A stretch of 64,000 nucleotides of DNA from an uncultured archaeon (GCA_964354805.1 CAYHBD010000009.1:32001-96000), one strand, 5' to 3'. Shown: positions 49,215 to 58,717, counted from the first letter of the stretch. Notes: a model not told the origin generated them from the sequence alone. Numbers and translations are program-made.

Positions 49215-49586
49215 ATGGCAAAAAGAACTGGCCCGACAGGGATGAAAACAAAGCAGGTTATCGCTTTGCTGCAGAAAGCAGGAAGGAAGGAAAAAAAAGC
49301 GATTTGGCTAGACATAGCTGAAAGGCTGCAGGCGCCGAGAAGGCAGAGGCCGTCAGTGAACCTCTGGAAGATTGAAAAACTTTCGGCGATATTCAAAGAA
49401 AGGGATTTTCTCGTTCCAGGAAAGGTTTTAGCACACGGCCTGCTGCAGGCAAAGCCCACAGTCATTGCATTCGAGTTCAGCTCAGGTGCCAGAAAAAAAA
49501 TTATTGACGCAGGCGGCACTGCCCTGACAATAGAGCAGGCGCTGCAGAAAAAAATCAAACCGAGCAAAATAGTGATCGTGAAATGA
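49215..49586 (+). CDS. rpl18e: 50S ribosomal protein L18e
   Basis: IW.DIAE.L..PRRQR..VNL.KI, VPGKVL..G, FS.GA..KI..AGG. Confidence 0.95.
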   Translation: MAKRTGPTGMKTKQVIALLQKAGRKEKKAIWLDIAERLQAPRRQRPSVNLWKIEKLSAIFKERDFLVPGKVLAHGLLQAKPTVIAFEFSSGARKKIIDAGGTALTIEQALQKKIKPSKIVIVK

Positions 49587-50017
49587 GCAAAGAAAAAATT
49601 TTGATTGATGCCCAGAACAGCGTTTTGGGCAGGCTTGCCAGCTTTGCCGCAAAAAAAGCACTGCAGGGCGAACAGGTTGCAGTAGTCAACGCAGAGAAAG
49701 CGGTAATAACAGGCAGCAGGGATTACGCAATGCAAAGGCTTAAAGTAAAGCTTGACCTGCATTCAAAAGGCAACCCGAGAAAGGGCCCGAAATACAGCAG
49801 AATGCCTGACAAGGTGCTGAGAAGGGCGATAAGGGGAATGCTGCCGTTTGAAAGAAAAAGAGGCAGGGAAGCATTCAAAAGGGTGCAGGTATTCATCTCA
49901 ATCCCGGCAGAAATGCAAGGAAAGCAATTCACCAAGCTGGATGTTGCAGCCCACAGCGCAAAACAGCGCTATGTTGAATTAGGCACAATATGCAGATTGC
50001 TTGGGGCAAAATGGTGA
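49583..50017 (+). CDS. rpl13: 50S ribosomal protein L13
   Basis: IDA....LGRLAS..AK, NAEKAVITG, RR.IRGMLP. Confidence 0.96.
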   Translation: MSKEKILIDAQNSVLGRLASFAAKKALQGEQVAVVNAEKAVITGSRDYAMQRLKVKLDLHSKGNPRKGPKYSRMPDKVLRRAIRGMLPFERKRGREAFKRVQVFISIPAEMQGKQFTKLDVAAHSAKQRYVELGTICRLLGAKW

Positions 50018-50131
50018 GGAAAAAAACTTAAAGGAAAACAAGAAGATGCTTGGGGCAAAATGATAAAAAAAATGGAAAAAAATAAGGCAGCTTTGCAGAA
50101 AAAGACATTTGGATCAAAATAGTGAATTTTT

Positions 50132-50689
50132 ATGGAAACCGGAAAAGAAGAAGCAATTGACGCAGAAGAGCAGCTGGCAGCTGCGGATGCAGCTGTTGCA
50201 CCGGCTGCACCTGTAAAACAGCCTGCGAATGCACAGGCGGAAACCGAAGGCCCTGCTGCAGTGCCTGCCAGAAAAAAGAAGCACAAAAGAAAAACAGGCA
50301 TGAATGTCAAGGCAAAGAAGAAAACAGCTGTTGCAAGGGCAACAGTGAGAAAGGGCAGCGGAAAAATCAAAATCAACCATAGGCTGCTGCAATTGTTCGA
50401 GCCAAATTATGTAAAGCAGTTCATCACCGAACCGGTTTCAATCGCCGGCGATTTGGCAAAACAAGTTGACATTAATGTGCATGTGAAAGGCGGAGGCGCA
50501 ATGGGCCAGGCTGTTGCAGCAAGAGGCGCGATAGCAAAAGCCCTGCTTTTGTACAGCAGGGACCACAAACTGCGCAGCACTTTCCTGACTTACGACAGAA
50601 TGCTTTTGGTTGATGACGTGAGAAGGGTTGAACCAAAAAAGCCCTTGGGAACAAAGGCAAGAAAGAAAAAGCAGAAAAGCAAAAGGTAA
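50132..50689 (+). CDS. rps9: 30S ribosomal protein S9 with Ala-rich N-terminal extension
   Basis: KKTAVARA, V.GGG.MGQA.A.R.AIA, YDR.LLV.D.RR.EPKK. Confidence 0.96.
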   Translation: METGKEEAIDAEEQLAAADAAVAPAAPVKQPANAQAETEGPAAVPARKKKHKRKTGMNVKAKKKTAVARATVRKGSGKIKINHRLLQLFEPNYVKQFITEPVSIAGDLAKQVDINVHVKGGGAMGQAVAARGAIAKALLLYSRDHKLRSTFLTYDRMLLVDDVRRVEPKKPLGTKARKKKQKSKR

Positions 50690-50735
50690 GCCTTTTCTTT
50701 TTTAAAAAAAAGAAAAGCCTTGTGAAAAGAAAAAA
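50688..50735 (+). repeat. REP-like hairpin family copy
   Basis: AAGCC-TTTTCTTTTTT..AAAAAAGAAAA-GCCTT-gtg-AAAAGAAAAA, overlapping the rps9 stop. Confidence 0.7.
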
Positions 50736-50922
50736 TGGAATCAAGGAGAAAGAAAAAGCAGAAAAGCAAAAGGTGAAGAAGAGCAGAATCAACTGAAACA
50801 GGAAAAATGACGAGGATAAAAAAAATGATTTAAAAATGAAGTTAATTAAAAAAAATAAATTCAAATCAAACAATAAAAAAAATTAATGCAGACAAAAAAT
50901 GAAAAAAATGGAGGGTGTGAAA

Positions 50923-51117
50923 ATGCTTGTTCCGATTCGATGTTTCAGCTGCGGAAAGCAGCTGGCTGGAATGTTTGAGCAATTCAGGCAAAGGGTTGAC
51001 AAAGGCGAAAAGCCTGAAAAGGTTCTGGACGAGCTCGGGGTAAAGCGGTATTGCTGCAGGAGAATGCTGTTCACGCAGGCTGACCTGATTGACGAAATAA
51101 TGCAGTACAAAAAATGA
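50923..51117 (+). CDS. rpoN: RNA polymerase subunit N (Rpo10)
   Basis: PIRCFSCGK, LDELG.KRYCCRRM. Confidence 0.96.
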   Translation: MLVPIRCFSCGKQLAGMFEQFRQRVDKGEKPEKVLDELGVKRYCCRRMLFTQADLIDEIMQYKK

Positions 51118-51213
51118 ACGCAAACCAAAAGGAGAACCAAAAGGAAAAAGGAGTGAAATTAATTTTAAGCAAATGCAAACCAAGAGAGGAGACAGAAAAA
51201 GGGTTGAGTGCAG

Positions 51214-52023
51214 ATGGGTGAAAAGGAAGAGAAACAAGGGCCGTTGAGTGAGCTGGACCTGTATCTGAAGACAGGCAGCCATATTGGAACGAGATTCAAA
51301 ACTGGCGACATGAGGAGATACATTTTCAAGCAGCGAAAAGACGGCCTCAGGGTTCTTGATGTAAGCACAATCGACAAAAGGATCAAGATTGCTGCAAAAT
51401 TCTTGAGCCAGTTTGAACCGGCAGGAATTACCGCTGTTTCAAGAAAAACATACGGCCAGCAGCCTGCAATCCAGTTTGCTGCCGCAATCGGCGCAAAGGC
51501 AATAACCAGCAGGTTTGTTCCAGGAACATTCACCAACCCGGTGGCAAAAAAATTTATTGAACCGGCAGTATTGATTATCACAGACCCAGAATCAGACGGC
51601 CAGGCAATAATTGAAAGCGTTAAGCTGCGAATCCCGGTTATTGCATTGTGCTCAACAAACAATTACCTCAGCAACATTGATTTGGTAATTCCAATAAACA
51701 ACAAGGGCAGAAAAAGCATTGCCCTTGCATACTTCCTGCTTGCAAGAGAAATTATGAAAGAAAAAGGACTGATTAAAAATGACGCTGAATTCAGCAAAAC
51801 AGCCGAAGACTTTGAATACAAATTAAAAGAAGGCTCGGAAGAAGGAGAGGAAGGAGAAGAAGAAAGATTCACAGAGAGAAGGCCAAGAAAAATGGGGGAA
51901 GAAGAAAGATTCACCGAAAGAAGGCCAAGGGGAATGAAAAGATTCACAAGGGGAAAGGGAAAGCAGGACAGGAGACCAAAAGGCAAAAGAACAGTCAGAA
52001 AAGACAGGCAGAGAAGATATTAA
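51214..52023 (+). CDS. rps2: 30S ribosomal protein S2 with repetitive C-terminal tail
   Basis: YL..G.HIGT, RF.PGTFTNP, IP.NNKGRKS. Confidence 0.96.
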   Translation: MGEKEEKQGPLSELDLYLKTGSHIGTRFKTGDMRRYIFKQRKDGLRVLDVSTIDKRIKIAAKFLSQFEPAGITAVSRKTYGQQPAIQFAAAIGAKAITSRFVPGTFTNPVAKKFIEPAVLIITDPESDGQAIIESVKLRIPVIALCSTNNYLSNIDLVIPINNKGRKSIALAYFLLAREIMKEKGLIKNDAEFSKTAEDFEYKLKEGSEEGEEGEEERFTERRPRKMGEEERFTERRPRGMKRFTRGKGKQDRRPKGKRTVRKDRQRRY

Positions 52024-52066
52024 AACAAAACACCAAAGGATTAAGGCATGAAAAAATTCATGAGAG

Positions 52067-52870
52067 ATGATTGCCCTGAGCATTAGAACTGAAAGCGTTG
52101 CAGGCGCTTTTTACCCGAGCAACAAAAGCATTTTATTAAAGCAATTAAGCGGCTTCTTTAAATCACTGCCAAAGGAAAGCAAATCAAATTGCGTAATTGC
52201 ACCGCACGCAGGCTACGCGTACAGCGGAAAGGCCGCAGCTTATTCTTTTAACGCCTTGAAAGAAAGCAAGTGCTTTGTGATTCTAAGCCCAAACCACAGC
52301 GGCCTTGGCAGCGCAATAAGCGTAAGCGATGCGGACGAATGGCAGACACCGCTGGGCAAAATCCCCGTGGATGGCGCTCTGCGGAAGAAGCTGCTTGGCC
52401 TGCTCGGAATTGAAGCAGACGACCTTGCCCACATCCAAGAGCACAGCATTGAAGTGCAGCTGCCCTTCCTGCAGTTTTTGTTCAAGCACTTCAAAATCCT
52501 GCCGATCACAATAATGAGCCAGGACCTAAATGAACTGATTGAATTAGGCAATGCTTTAACAGGATTGAAAGAGGATTTCAGCATAATTGCCTCAAGCGAT
52601 TTCTCGCACTTCATTCCGGCTGAAACAGCGAAACAGCGGGATACGCAGGCAATTGAAAAAATAAAACAGCTGGATGTTGAAGGATTCCACAAAATGGTGG
52701 TGCAAAGAAACCTGAGCATCTGCGGCCATGCCCCAATTACAGCCCTAATGCAGTACTGTAAACAAAAAGGCTTCAAGCAGGGAAAACTGCTGCGCTACGA
52801 CAGCAGCGCCAGTACAACAGGCGATGAAACGAATGTTGTAGGCTATGCCGCAATAAAGTTCGAAAAATAG
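52067..52870 (+). CDS. MEMO1-family protein (AmmeMemoRadiSam protein B)
   Basis: VAG.FYP, PHAGY.YSG, PNH, TPLG, EHSIEVQLPFLQ, ASSDFSH, CG, VVGYA. Confidence 0.93.
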   Translation: MIALSIRTESVAGAFYPSNKSILLKQLSGFFKSLPKESKSNCVIAPHAGYAYSGKAAAYSFNALKESKCFVILSPNHSGLGSAISVSDADEWQTPLGKIPVDGALRKKLLGLLGIEADDLAHIQEHSIEVQLPFLQFLFKHFKILPITIMSQDLNELIELGNALTGLKEDFSIIASSDFSHFIPAETAKQRDTQAIEKIKQLDVEGFHKMVVQRNLSICGHAPITALMQYCKQKGFKQGKLLRYDSSASTTGDETNVVGYAAIKFEK

Positions 52871-53005
52871 CCCTCTGAACGGCATGGAATTCCACCAAAA
52901 AACAACATACCTGCAAAGGCAAAACATGGGGGGAATGGAAATTTTCCCAAAAAGCCCTTTAAAACGCAATAGAAGCTGGATTCAAAAAAAGGCTGAAAAA
53001 AGAGG

Positions 53006-53170
53006 AAAAAAAGCCTTGCCGAAGGCTCTTTTCCCAAGGGTTTTTTGCGACCTTGCAAACCAAAAGGTTTGCGAGGCCTCGCGAAGCTCTGCTTCGCAAG
53101 GAGCAAAAAAGGCTTTGCCGAAGGCTTTTTCTTTTGGTACAGCTTTTCTTATAAAAGAAAAGGTGTTTTT
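53006..53170 (-). repeat. Composite palindrome cluster: two REP-like units each followed by a GCCTTCGGCAA hairpin
   Basis: Reverse complement of 53126-53167 matches the 24285 copy; AAAAA(A/G)GC(C/T)TTGCCGAAGGCT at 53006 and 53105; GCGAGGCCTCGC and GCGAAGC-tct-GCTTCGC between them. Confidence 0.65.
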
Positions 53171-53262
53171 CTTAATTTTTTAACCGTATAGGGTAAATTT
53201 ATATATATAAAAGGGTAATATATTATATATTCCTGTAAACTTAAAGGGGAAAGGGAACTAAA

Positions 53263-54003
53263 ATGGCACTTTCAGTTAATGATTTGCTGCAGCAGCTCGG
53301 CCTGACCGAGTATGAGAGCAAGGCGCTTAACACTCTTTTAAAGCTTGGCGAATCCGAAGCACCGCAAATCAGCAGAATGAGCCAGGTGCCGAAAACCAGG
53401 GTTTATGATGTTTTAACCAATCTGGTTGAAAAAAACCTTGTAATTGAAATAAGGGGCAGGCCAAAGAAATACAGGGGCATTGAGGCAAACAAAGCGCTTG
53501 ACATACTGGTTGAATTAAAGAAACAGCAGCTGCAGGACTTGCAGGAAAAGGTAGGCGATTTAAAGAACAACCTTGCCGTTTCATTGGGCCCGAAAGAGCA
53601 GACCGGTGAAACAGTAATGCGGGTGAAGGACAAAGCAGACTTTGAGAAAATCCTTGCCCAAGAGATTGCAAAAGCAAAAAACAGCCTTGTCGGCTTTGCT
53701 GAAGCAACAGACAAGCACAAAGTCCTAAGGGAAGCGATTGAAAAAGCAAGGGGCAGAAACGTCTCAGTAAAAATACTGAACGCTTATTCAACAGAATGGC
53801 TGAACAAGGTCGCCCACGAAACAAAACAAATGGACCACGGGCTGAACGCTTTTATCATTGACGGAAAAAAGGTCGTGCTTGCACTAAGCGACTTCAAAAA
53901 AGACAAGCCAGAATACCACTTCACAATATTCAACCAGCACAAGCCAATCGCAAACGTGCTGCAACACTACTTCGACACATGCTGGCAACAGGCAAAAAAA
54001 TAA
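53263..54003 (+). CDS. TrmB-family transcriptional regulator
   Basis: LGLTEYES.A...LL, IS..SQVP.TRVYDVL..L..K.LV..RPK.Y; PLD-like C-terminal sensor domain. Confidence 0.9.
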   Translation: MALSVNDLLQQLGLTEYESKALNTLLKLGESEAPQISRMSQVPKTRVYDVLTNLVEKNLVIEIRGRPKKYRGIEANKALDILVELKKQQLQDLQEKVGDLKNNLAVSLGPKEQTGETVMRVKDKADFEKILAQEIAKAKNSLVGFAEATDKHKVLREAIEKARGRNVSVKILNAYSTEWLNKVAHETKQMDHGLNAFIIDGKKVVLALSDFKKDKPEYHFTIFNQHKPIANVLQHYFDTCWQQAKK

Positions 54004-54013
54004 AGGCGATTGA

Positions 54014-54682
54014 ATGCCAAAAAACCTGGGCAATAAAGCAAAGGCGATAGCAAAGTTTGTAGGAATTGCCACATTAGTTGGGGCAATAGCATGGGAAGGA
54101 TTTCCACCCGCTAATTACAGAAAATCAAATGTTAAGGAACCACCAGCTTTTAAAAAATATATAAACGACATAAACGACGTTGTGGAGAAAATGAAAAAAG
54201 AGGGGCTCCCTGCAATGGATTTGGGGGTTGGACGTGAAACTTTTAAACTACCCCCGGGCTGGGAAATTAGGCCTGGAGAGAGAATTGCACTTTTCACTAA
54301 ACAAACTGACTTTAGTCTGAGCCCAGAAACAGAGAGTCTCTTAAAAAAACACCCAAACATTGCTCCGGACATTTTATATGCTCTTAGGTCTGAAAAACCT
54401 AATGTCAGTGTGTTTTCTGGAATAGACGGATTGTTACAAAAACACCCAAACATTGTTTCAGAAAATACCCTGAGAAAAATCACTGAGCTTAACAATAGAT
54501 ATGACACGCAGATTAAACCACTTATAGAAAAACACCAGAAAATAGTGCAGAGAAGACATCTCGCTAAAAGAGGTCTTTTTGGCGGATTTATCGGTACGGC
54601 TGCTGCAGCCAGTGTGATGCTCGCTGATGCAAGAAGAAGGTTGAAAAAACAAAACCTCTCCGTGAGAAGACAAAGAAAATGA
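54014..54682 (+). CDS. Hypothetical membrane-associated protein with basic termini
   Basis: Hydrophobic segments near both ends; internal LL.KHPNI repeat; ends RRQRK; atypical codon style. Confidence 0.65.
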   Translation: MPKNLGNKAKAIAKFVGIATLVGAIAWEGFPPANYRKSNVKEPPAFKKYINDINDVVEKMKKEGLPAMDLGVGRETFKLPPGWEIRPGERIALFTKQTDFSLSPETESLLKKHPNIAPDILYALRSEKPNVSVFSGIDGLLQKHPNIVSENTLRKITELNNRYDTQIKPLIEKHQKIVQRRHLAKRGLFGGFIGTAAAASVMLADARRRLKKQNLSVRRQRK

Positions 54683-54746
54683 TGTATTAATTAAGTGAAG
54701 GCACAATAGTTTGAATTTTAACCCTTTTTCTTATTCTATTATTATT

Positions 54747-56375
54747 ATGTCTATAGAAGAAGACGCTTACAGGTATGCGGTGAAGAACGCGGCATTGCAC
54801 GAGGGCAGGGCAGATGCCGGGGCTGTTGCAGGAAAGCTGAAGGCACTGCACCCGCAGCTTGACATGAGAAAGCTGTTGCAGATTGCTGCTGCGGCAGTTG
54901 AAAAAGTCAATGCAATGCAATTGCCTGCAATCGGCGCAGAATTTGAGCGATTTGAAGAACAGGGATATGAGTTAAAGCCGAAAGAAAAAGAGGATTACCT
55001 GCCGGCGCTTGAATGGGCTGCTGCCGGAAAGGAACCTGTTGTAACGCGCTTTGCCCCAAACCCGAATGCGCCGTTCCATCTGGGAAACGCAAGGGCGGCA
55101 ATAATCAGCAAAGAGTTTGCCTCGCGCTATAAAGGAAAATTCATACTGCGCTTTGACGACACAGACCCCAAAGTGAAAAAGCCTGTTCCTAATGCCCTGC
55201 AATTGTTCAAGGAAGACCTTGAATGGCTTGGGTGCAATATTGATGAAACATACTTTGCATCAGACAGGCTTGAAATCTATTACCAGCACATGAGGGAAAC
55301 ATTGCAGAAAGGGGCAGCATACATTTGCACCTGCCCTGTGTTGGAATGGAGAGAAAAAACAAAGGAAAAAAAGGCTTGCCCATGCAGGGAGCTGGACAAG
55401 AAAGAACAGTTAAAGCGCTTTGAAAAAATGCTTTCGCATGAATTCAAGGAAGGAGAAGCTGTCCTGCGCATTAAAACAGATTTGCAGCACAACGACCCGA
55501 GCATACGCGACTGGTGGGCAGCAAAAATTGTTGACGCGCCGGTGCACCCAAACCCAAAAACAGTGGACAAGCATGTCTGGCCATCTTACAATTTCGCTTC
55601 GGCAGTGGATGACCACCTTCTTGGGGTCACGCTTATTTTAAGGGGCCAAGAGCACGCCCAGAACAAAACAAAACAGGAATTTCTGTACAAATACTTTGGC
55701 TGGCAGTATCCGCACTGCTTTCACTTTGGGAGAGTAGCATTGCAGGGAGTTGTTTTAAGCAAAAGCAAAATGAGGGAAGGAATTGAAAGCGGCAAATATC
55801 TGGGCTGGGATGACCCAAGGCTAGGGACAATAAAGGCATTCAGGAGAAGGGGCTTTAGGCCAGAGGTTTTGAGGGAAGCAATCCTTGACTTGGGAGTTAA
55901 CCCTAATGATGCAACAATCCAGTGGAGCAAGCTTGTTGACCTGAACAGGAAGCTTGTTGAGCCGCTAAGCGAAAGGCTTGCTTTCATTGCAGAGCCAATG
56001 CAGCTGGAAGTGAACTTTGCCCCGAAGGGGATGAGCAGGCTGATTGTTGACAAGCGGCAGTTTGACAAGCTCAAGGAAGGCGATGTTGTAAGGCTGAGGG
56101 AATTGTTCAACATTAGAATTATCAGAAAAGACCCGTTGCAAACATTCTCGGAGTTTGTGGGAGAAGCGAAAATAAACAAGCCGATAATGAGCTGGTTCAG
56201 GCAGGGCATTGATGCGGAAATCTTAATGGATGACGCAAGCAAGCTGCCTGGATTGGCTGATGCAGAGCTTGCGGAAAAAGAAGCAGGCGCACACATGCTA
56301 TTGGACAGCGTTGGCTTCTGCGTTGTTGACAAGGTTGAACAGGGAAAAGCAATGCTGAGGTTCACGCACAAGTAG
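54747..56375 (+). CDS. gltX: Glutamate--tRNA ligase (archaeal type)
   Basis: TRFAPNPN..HLGN, LRFDDTD, DDH..GVT...RG.EH, LSKS, GWDDPRL.T. Confidence 0.96.
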   Translation: MSIEEDAYRYAVKNAALHEGRADAGAVAGKLKALHPQLDMRKLLQIAAAAVEKVNAMQLPAIGAEFERFEEQGYELKPKEKEDYLPALEWAAAGKEPVVTRFAPNPNAPFHLGNARAAIISKEFASRYKGKFILRFDDTDPKVKKPVPNALQLFKEDLEWLGCNIDETYFASDRLEIYYQHMRETLQKGAAYICTCPVLEWREKTKEKKACPCRELDKKEQLKRFEKMLSHEFKEGEAVLRIKTDLQHNDPSIRDWWAAKIVDAPVHPNPKTVDKHVWPSYNFASAVDDHLLGVTLILRGQEHAQNKTKQEFLYKYFGWQYPHCFHFGRVALQGVVLSKSKMREGIESGKYLGWDDPRLGTIKAFRRRGFRPEVLREAILDLGVNPNDATIQWSKLVDLNRKLVEPLSERLAFIAEPMQLEVNFAPKGMSRLIVDKRQFDKLKEGDVVRLRELFNIRIIRKDPLQTFSEFVGEAKINKPIMSWFRQGIDAEILMDDASKLPGLADAELAEKEAGAHMLLDSVGFCVVDKVEQGKAMLRFTHK

Positions 56376-56384
56376 GCGAGGTTC

Positions 56385-57038
56385 ATGCCTGAGAAAAAAG
56401 AGAGGTGGGGCGTTTTCATTAATGCCCTGAAAGAAGGGCAATTCAGGGATGCAACCGATGGGTATGCTGGCGATGTTTACAATTACAAAGTAAGCATTGG
56501 AAAATATGACAAACGAATTATGGGAAAAGGCGAGGTGTTTACCTCAAGCCCGCTGATCAGTGAAAGAATTGCCCAAGTGCAAAAGAAACTGAACTTTGAG
56601 GGCAGGCTGCAGACAGGGCATATTTCTTACGGTGTAAAAAAAAGGAAGAAAGAAATCGAGGTCATTGCTTATTACCCTCTTTTGTATTTTACTGCGGGTA
56701 AAACAGCGACTAACACCCTGTCTTTAGGAATATTTGAAATGCTGAAAGGCATTGGTCTTGCTTCAAGAATTGAGCTGAGAACACTAAAAGGCATGCAGAA
56801 ACTATTCCCAGGGTATAGAATTATTTCAGGCACTTTGCCCAAACCCAGTCGTATGAGAAGAGGCCAACTAAAAGCAAGAGGCACAGAGTTGGGGCGGCTT
56901 GTAGAGATTCAGGAAGAAATCCAGAGAATCGCAGACTACGTCGGGCTAAAAGGGATGGAAAAACGGGCTGGGGCAGAAGGCGCAAGGAAACTGCTTGCAG
57001 CAAGGGAAAAGGCCAGGGCAAGAAGAAGGCCAAGATAG
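56385..57038 (+). CDS. Hypothetical protein with Arg-rich C-terminus (possible GNAT-like KGIGLAS segment)
   Basis: 217 aa ORF with SD GAGGT; ends ARARRRPR. Confidence 0.6.
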   Translation: MPEKKERWGVFINALKEGQFRDATDGYAGDVYNYKVSIGKYDKRIMGKGEVFTSSPLISERIAQVQKKLNFEGRLQTGHISYGVKKRKKEIEVIAYYPLLYFTAGKTATNTLSLGIFEMLKGIGLASRIELRTLKGMQKLFPGYRIISGTLPKPSRMRRGQLKARGTELGRLVEIQEEIQRIADYVGLKGMEKRAGAEGARKLLAAREKARARRRPR

Positions 57039-57108
57039 CGCTTAATTGCCCCCCGATTACCTTTTTAAACATTCCCCAAGGCAATTATTTTAATTAGTCT
57101 TTTTTCTG

Positions 57109-57151
57109 CCGATGAAGAATGAGGTCCCTGTTTTTTGGGGCTGAGGAGGTG
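57109..57151 (+). promoter_or_regulatory. Kink-turn in the rpl7ae 5' UTR overlapping the Shine-Dalgarno
   Basis: CC-GAU-GAAG (57109-57117) pairs with CUGA-GG (57141-57146); SD GAGGAGGTG at 57143-57151. Confidence 0.75.
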
Positions 57152-57160
57152 TAAGTTGTT

Positions 57161-57526
57161 ATGGCAGGATTGGTTCAGTTTGAGGTTCCGGACAAGCTGC
57201 AAGCGGAGCAGCTTGCTTTGGTTGAAAAGATCAGCAAAAAGGGAAAGCTGAAGATTGGCGTAAACGAGGTAACAAAGGCTGTTGAAAGAGGCACGGCCAA
57301 GCTAGTGCTGATTGCATTAGATGTCAGCCCTGTTGAAATAGTGATGCATCTGCCCTTGATTTGCAAGGAGAAGAGCATTGCATTCAGCTATGCGAAAACA
57401 AAGGAAGAGCTTGGCAAAAAGGCGGGAATTGCTGTCGGCACTGCAACGATTGCAATCGTTGACGAAGGCGATTCAAAGAAAGAGCTGGGTGAAATAACTA
57501 AAAAGCTGGCTGAGCTCAGAAAGTGA
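57161..57526 (+). CDS. rpl7ae: 50S ribosomal protein L7Ae
   Basis: GKLK.GVNEVTKAVERG.AKLV.IA.DV.P.EIV.HLP.LC. Confidence 0.97.
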   Translation: MAGLVQFEVPDKLQAEQLALVEKISKKGKLKIGVNEVTKAVERGTAKLVLIALDVSPVEIVMHLPLICKEKSIAFSYAKTKEELGKKAGIAVGTATIAIVDEGDSKKELGEITKKLAELRK

Positions 57527-57556
57527 ATAACCCGGCTTGAAAGGTGGTGTGTATGA

Positions 57557-57772
57557 ATGGCTGAAGATGAACGCGGAACACCTGCGGAAATCGTCGAGAT
57601 AGTGAAAAGGACAGGCGTGCACGGCGAAGTGATCCAAGTGCTCTGCAAGATTCTCTCAGGAATGGAGGCAGGCAGGGTAAAGCGAAGGAATGTCAAGGGC
57701 AACGTGCAGAAAGGCGACATAATTGTTTTGCTGAACACCGAAAGGGAAGCAAAAGAAATCAAGTCAAGATAA
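57557..57772 (+). CDS. rps28e: 30S ribosomal protein S28e
   Basis: RTG..GE..QV.C.IL.G, RNVKG.V..GDI..L..TEREA. Confidence 0.96.
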   Translation: MAEDERGTPAEIVEIVKRTGVHGEVIQVLCKILSGMEAGRVKRRNVKGNVQKGDIIVLLNTEREAKEIKSR

Positions 57773-57930
57773 AGGTGCAAGCAAAAAAAAGGAAGCAAAA
57801 ATAAAGGGGTAAACAAAAAAAATTTAAACGGGAAGCGAAAAAAAAAGGAAGCCAAACCAAAATAAAGGTGCAGGCAAAAAAAAGGAAAAAAAAGTTGAAA
57901 ATTAAACTTAAGGGAGAAAAGGGGTTTTTT

Positions 57931-58164
57931 ATGGCGAAATGCAGCTTTTGCGGCAACGCAATAAAGCCAGGCACAGGGCTTTTGTTTGTGAAGAAAGAGG
58001 GCACTGCCTTTTTTTTCTGCAGCAGGAAATGCGAGAAAAACATGGTTAAGCTCGGGAGAAGCGGTGCAAAAACAAGGTGGACTGCTGTTTTCCGGGAAGC
58101 GAAAAAAGCGGGAAAGAAAAAAGCAGTGCAGCCTGAAAAGGAAAAGGGAAAAGAAGATAAATGA
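57931..58164 (+). CDS. rpl24e: 50S ribosomal protein L24e
   Basis: CSFCG..I.PGTG..FV..G....FCS.KCEKN...R......WT. Confidence 0.95.
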   Translation: MAKCSFCGNAIKPGTGLLFVKKEGTAFFFCSRKCEKNMVKLGRSGAKTRWTAVFREAKKAGKKKAVQPEKEKGKEDK

Positions 58165-58206
58165 CTGGGGCAGAAAGGAAACGGGAAAATTAATGAGTTG
58201 ATCTGA

Positions 58207-58638
58207 ATGCAGTTGAAGGTTCAGCGCATAGAAGCTGATGCAAAAATGCCTTGCTATGCGCATCCAGGCGACAGCGGAATGGACCTTTTTTCGGTTGAGG
58301 AAATTGTGCTGCAGCCAGGAGAAAGAAAGCTTGCCAGGACAGGAATCAAGATTTCGCTGCCAAAGGGATTTGAAGCCCAGGTCAGGCCAAAAAGCGGGAT
58401 TGCAATAAACAACGGCGTAACAGTGCTCAACACGCCTGGAACAATTGATTCCTGCTACAGGGGCGAAGTGCAGGTAATATTGATTAATTTGGGCAAGGAG
58501 CCATTCAAAATCGAGAAAGGAAAAAAGATTGCCCAATTGGTGATTGCAAAAGTTGAGGAAGCAAAGGCAAAAGAGGTTGATGAACTGGATGAGACAAGCA
58601 GGAGCAATGGCGGCTTCGGTTCAACTGGAACGCATTAA
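58207..58638 (+). CDS. dut: Trimeric dUTPase
   Basis: SGMDL, RPKSG.A, GTIDSCYRGE, IAQLVI, R..GGFGSTG. Confidence 0.96.
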   Translation: MQLKVQRIEADAKMPCYAHPGDSGMDLFSVEEIVLQPGERKLARTGIKISLPKGFEAQVRPKSGIAINNGVTVLNTPGTIDSCYRGEVQVILINLGKEPFKIEKGKKIAQLVIAKVEEAKAKEVDELDETSRSNGGFGSTGTH

Positions 58639-58717
58639 AGAAAGTGCCACAATTGGAGCAGCCAGGCGCGAGTGCTTTGCTGAAACAAAAACAGATTGCA
58701 TTAAAGAAGGTGTGAGG

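Noticed and set aside
52884-53183. 99-aa ORF with duplicated KKALPKA
   Set aside because: It is a translation of the palindrome cluster; the repeat is at the DNA level.
58544-58717. Long N-terminal extensions in the ORF track for infB (also sui1, secY, rpoA2, nusA, rpl24e, rps17, gltX)
   Set aside because: Downstream ATGs match the conserved N-termini, mostly with an SD.
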